From an uncultured virus (IMG/VR IMGVR_UViG_3300022744_000004) (Duplodnaviria; Heunggongvirae; Uroviricota; Caudoviricetes), in the IMG/VR virus record IMGVR_UViG_3300022744_000004, positions 1 through 64,000 of that record: a DNA stretch of 64,000 nucleotides. One strand, 5' to 3'. How positions within the stretch are numbered: position 1 is the stretch's first letter; every line of letters starts with the position of its first letter. The position numbers and the translations under genes are program-made. The notes beneath the pieces are model-generated. The model saw only the letters and a list, made by a program, of their open reading frames with translations, did not search any database and was not told the origin of the DNA. Positions 60,889 to 64,000 of the stretch are shown one piece after another.

Positions 60889-61764
60889 TTAAAACTTGAA
60901 CTTGCTCAGGATGGTGTTGGTAGCCACGCGCACCTCTTCGCGTTTGATCGGGTCATCACGCAGTGTGACCACCGTCACGCCTGTCAGCGCAGACTCCAGC
61001 GCCTTGCGTGCCTCACCCAGCACCGGGTCGCCCGTGACGTTGTAGTCACGCACAAGGTCGCACAGCTCGAAGGCACTGGACACCAGTGTCTCGGTGAACC
61101 GGCGGCTCTTGTCCTCGCCGTTCTTGTCCTTCTCGGTCACAAGGCGGTCGGCCATGCGGCGCAGGTGGCCCACGAAACGCTCGGTCACGTCAGCCATAGC
61201 CTTGTTGAGTCGCGCGTTGCTGGTCGCCTCCAGTCGTGCACGCAGCTCGTCCTGCGCTTGGTTGCCGATGTCCACACGGATGTCGCCAGCGGCAGGCACC
61301 GGGATGTAGTCGCACGACATAGCGAACTTGTGGCGAATCTCGCTGGCCGAGGGGAACTCGGAGCGGTCGAACATATCACCCAGCGCCATTGCCTGCGCCG
61401 TGATGAGTGTCGGGTACAGGTTCACGAAGTCGTCAACCAGCAGATTGAACCTGCTCTTGTAGTCCTCGATGCGGGTGTCGAACTTGGGCAAACGTGCTGT
61501 GATGATCAGTCGCTGGCCTGCGTCAGACCACGGCGTTGTGTTCTCATACACATAGGTGCGAGCCTCACCCACCAGCGAGCCGATTGCCTCCAGCTCACCA
61601 CGACCACTTAGTAGATTCTTGTTCACCCGCGCCGCCCCTTTGCTGGCAGCCCCGGAAGAGACCACAACCTGCTCGCTCTTCTTTTTGTCTAGTTTGCGGG
61701 CTGTCCACACACTAGCATTGAACTCGCAAAGCATTGCAACGGAATTCAAATTGAAGTTGCTCAT
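60889..61764 (-). CDS. DUF3150-like protein
   Basis: SVWTARKLD...T.PW...G.RL...FPS..EIR.KF...LRDD...REEV; follows the VWA gene cluster. Confidence 0.65.
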   Translation of the reverse strand: MSNFNLNSVAMLCEFNASVWTARKLDKKKSEQVVVSSGAASKGAARVNKNLLSGRGELEAIGSLVGEARTYVYENTTPWSDAGQRLIITARLPKFDTRIEDYKSRFNLLVDDFVNLYPTLITAQAMALGDMFDRSEFPSASEIRHKFAMSCDYIPVPAAGDIRVDIGNQAQDELRARLEATSNARLNKAMADVTERFVGHLRRMADRLVTEKDKNGEDKSRRFTETLVSSAFELCDLVRDYNVTGDPVLGEARKALESALTGVTVVTLRDDPIKREEVRVATNTILSKFKF

Positions 61765-61779
61765 GTCATCTCTCCTTAG

Positions 61780-62085
61780 TTAAATCCACTTTTCCAAAGG
61801 CCGCGCATCACATCCGTACTTAACGGACGCTATATCAGCCAACCACTGCGCCGCCTCACGGCGGTTGCATCCATCGGTGAAAGCGGCAGCGTATGCCTTC
61901 GTCTGTATTGCCTCCACAAGTCGTTGCCCGAAGGCATCAACCACATCTATGAAGCGCTCGTTGTTTTCGTTGAGTGATGCCGTAACGAGTACGTGTAGCG
62001 GCGCGACAACCACATCTTCTGCTGCGTAGAAAGTCACTTTACGCAGCGCGTGCGGGCCTCGTATGATGTCAAGTATCTTCTTCAT
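61780..62085 (-). CDS. hypothetical protein
   Basis: GGAGAGATGACATG RBS before MKKILD. Confidence 0.65.
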   Translation of the reverse strand: MKKILDIIRGPHALRKVTFYAAEDVVVAPLHVLVTASLNENNERFIDVVDAFGQRLVEAIQTKAYAAAFTDGCNRREAAQWLADIASVKYGCDARPLEKWI

Positions 62086-62098
62086 GTCATCTCTCCTG

Positions 62099-62353
62099 TT
62101 AAGAAATATAAATATTTGGGGTGTTCTGCACCCACTGCTTTTTGATGGCTTGTAGGGCCATAGATTCGATAATCCCTCGATTCTGGTACAGCAGTTGCTG
62201 CACGATGGGTGACGTACCGGGTTGGTTCTGCATGATCTTGTTAAGTTCATCAGTGACCACGGCGCGTATCAACTCGACTACTTGCTTTCGCAGGTCTGCC
62301 TCTTCGTCAGCGTGCACCAGAGCCGCTTCGATATATGTGTTAGGTGCGTCCAT
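62099..62353 (-). CDS. hypothetical protein
   Basis: GGAGG RBS; TAG-ATG junction. Confidence 0.65.
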   Translation of the reverse strand: MDAPNTYIEAALVHADEEADLRKQVVELIRAVVTDELNKIMQNQPGTSPIVQQLLYQNRGIIESMALQAIKKQWVQNTPNIYIS

Positions 62354-62917
62354 CTACCCCACCCTCCGTTGATTGAGCGCTTCCATGTAGGTACGTGCCA
62401 TCTCGTTGATCTCCTTCCCGTTGTACTCTTCCACATCAAGGTACAGGTGGATTTCCAGCGCCTTGTCCCACTTGCTCTCGAACTGCACATGCCAATTCTC
62501 GCGTGCAACTAAGCGTTGGAACTCGGTTACCTTTGCCCCGGCCCAATCCGCAGGCAACTCCTTGTTGTTCAGGTACAGCACACCGAACTCCGGCACGAAG
62601 TCCATCAGTCCTTGCGCCTGCGTAGCTGCCTGCGTGTATTGGTTTTGTTGCAACAACGCGTTCTGGTAGATACTACTGGTGCTGGACGCATTGACCAGCC
62701 CGTTGCTGACACCAAGCTGCCCCATACCAATGCCCGTTGTCAGTGTCTGTCCCAAGATACTGTTCATCATGTCGTTGTCCATGTCATATTTCCTTTCTTC
62801 GTAATATCGTCTGATCTCTTCTGCGCGTCGGAAGTCTCCTACCATCAGCGCTCCGTCGTAGGCTTCCTTGCACACGCGCTCGAACCTGTCCAACACCTGC
62901 GTTTTTGCTATCGCCAT
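62354..62917 (-). CDS. hypothetical protein (paralog of the adjacent gene)
   Basis: TGATG coupling; C-terminus similar to 62917-63330. Confidence 0.65.
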   Translation of the reverse strand: MAIAKTQVLDRFERVCKEAYDGALMVGDFRRAEEIRRYYEERKYDMDNDMMNSILGQTLTTGIGMGQLGVSNGLVNASSTSSIYQNALLQQNQYTQAATQAQGLMDFVPEFGVLYLNNKELPADWAGAKVTEFQRLVARENWHVQFESKWDKALEIHLYLDVEEYNGKEINEMARTYMEALNQRRVG

Positions 62918-63330
62918 CACTCGACCCTCCTCATGTTGAGTGTCATCATGTACACCTGCGCTGCCTGCTCGACTTCATCACGCGTGTGCTTCTCATCGAG
63001 CCACAAGGTGAACTCGTGGATGCGGGCTGGCTGCCCGTCAACGGTGGCGAAAAAGAACTGCACTGTGTAGCCCTTCGTCCAGTTCGTCTTGCGTACCACG
63101 AACTCCGTCAGCTCGCGCCCATACCACTCCTTGCTCATGTCCCATTCGGCACCGCCCGCTGTCGCACGGATGAGCTTGCCTTGGAGCAGGGGCACCAAGC
63201 TGTTGCCGTTCATGGCGGCTGCTGCTGCCATCTGATCGCCGGGGGAAATCCACGGCGGCCTATTCATTGTTGCCATAAGATTCCCCATTGCATCAAAGAT
63301 AGAGATGCGGTCGATTTCGAGATGTTGCAC
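62917..63330 (-). CDS. hypothetical protein
   Basis: GTG start with GGAGG RBS just after the VWA gene stop. Confidence 0.65.
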   Translation of the reverse strand: MQHLEIDRISIFDAMGNLMATMNRPPWISPGDQMAAAAAMNGNSLVPLLQGKLIRATAGGAEWDMSKEWYGRELTEFVVRKTNWTKGYTVQFFFATVDGQPARIHEFTLWLDEKHTRDEVEQAAQVYMMTLNMRRVE

Positions 63331-63331
63331 A

Positions 63332-64000
63332 TCACACCTCCTCGATGCGCAGCAGCTTGCCCCGGATGGGGCGGAAGTTGGTGTTGCCGCAGATGCCCCA
63401 TAAGACATTCCCCGGCGCAACTTCATACTTCGCTTCCACGTACCCGTCACTCAGGTAGATCGTCGCCTTGGGCTTGTACCGCTTGTCGCGGATGTAGCCC
63501 GCAACGCAGGACACAGTGGTTCCCCCTCCGCCTCGTGGGTGCATGAGCTTGGCGATGTTGGCGTAGTCCTTGGGCGTGAACACCTGATCACCTGCCACAC
63601 GCGTATCCCACCACAGCACGCGCACGCGCTCGGGCTGCATCTGCTGTGCGATGCGGGCAATCTCACCGAACACGATTGGGTACAACCCGTGCATGGATGC
63701 CGAGGTATCGCACGCCACGATCAACTCACCTGTCGCCTCACTGAAGCGGCTCGGCATGATGATGTCCAGCGGCAACAGCCTGCGGTTGGGCGGCACAAAT
63801 CGTGACTGGTCATCACCCTCGCATATCTCAGCGATGAACTTGCGCAGCGGGCCACGCCAGTCTGTCTTGCGCTCACGGAATCCCGACAGTGCGTTGTCAC
63901 CGGGGGCGGTGCCACGCATCTGCTGCAACTGCTCGGCCACGACAGCGCCTTGCGCCACGGCATCCTCGATGCGCGTCTTCAGGTCTTTGCCATCGGCGGC
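63332..64000 (-). CDS. VWA-like domain protein (DUF2201 type), N-terminus outside the window
   Basis: MIDAS-like DTSASM, GGGGT, YLSDGY; DWR..LR.F and PNRR upstream. Confidence 0.85.
   Translation of the reverse strand, partial: AADGKDLKTRIEDAVAQGAVVAEQLQQMRGTAPGDNALSGFRERKTDWRGPLRKFIAEICEGDDQSRFVPPNRRLLPLDIIMPSRFSEATGELIVACDTSASMHGLYPIVFGEIARIAQQMQPERVRVLWWDTRVAGDQVFTPKDYANIAKLMHPRGGGGTTVSCVAGYIRDKRYKPKATIYLSDGYVEAKYEVAPGNVLWGICGNTNFRPIRGKLLRIEEV

Noticed and set aside
1..64000. Alternative genetic code or stop-codon readthrough
   Set aside because: Genes tile densely under the standard code with TAA, TGA and TAG all used as stops; core genes are not fragmented.

Overview
The whole window is most of a tailed dsDNA phage genome (Caudoviricetes, probably podovirus-like: P22-type portal, gp10-like tail protein, large ejection proteins, no tape measure or sheath recognised). 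It is GC-rich by eye; a proteobacterial host is an inference. There are two arms. The rightward morphogenesis arm (4130-42974) runs terminase, portal, GroES-like protein, scaffold, capsid, adaptors, several tail fibres (two with S74 chaperones), a lysis cassette built around a DUF5675-type protein, ejection proteins and a 2818-aa polyvalent protein. The leftward early/replication arm (42919-64000 plus 1-3679) holds a primase-helicase, SSB-like protein, SNF2 helicase, HNH, Cas4-like nuclease, family A DNA polymerase, VRR-NUC, exonuclease, Nmad5, a VWA protein and many small ORFs. Both window ends cut leftward genes. No integrase, tRNA, rRNA or CRISPR array was seen. The most notable observations are: (i) six copies of a 19-bp 8-3-8 palindrome partitioning the early genes at 296-3730, together with a strand-biased 11-14-bp motif, a covarying hairpin and an identical RBS; (ii) an Acb2 anti-CBASS homolog preceded by a structured leader; (iii) a recurrent (hydrophobic)-x-x-G-G peptide motif shared by several probable virion-internal proteins; (iv) an origin-like segment with nested inverted repeats and an IHF consensus site. 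All family assignments come from motif recognition by eye, not database searches.
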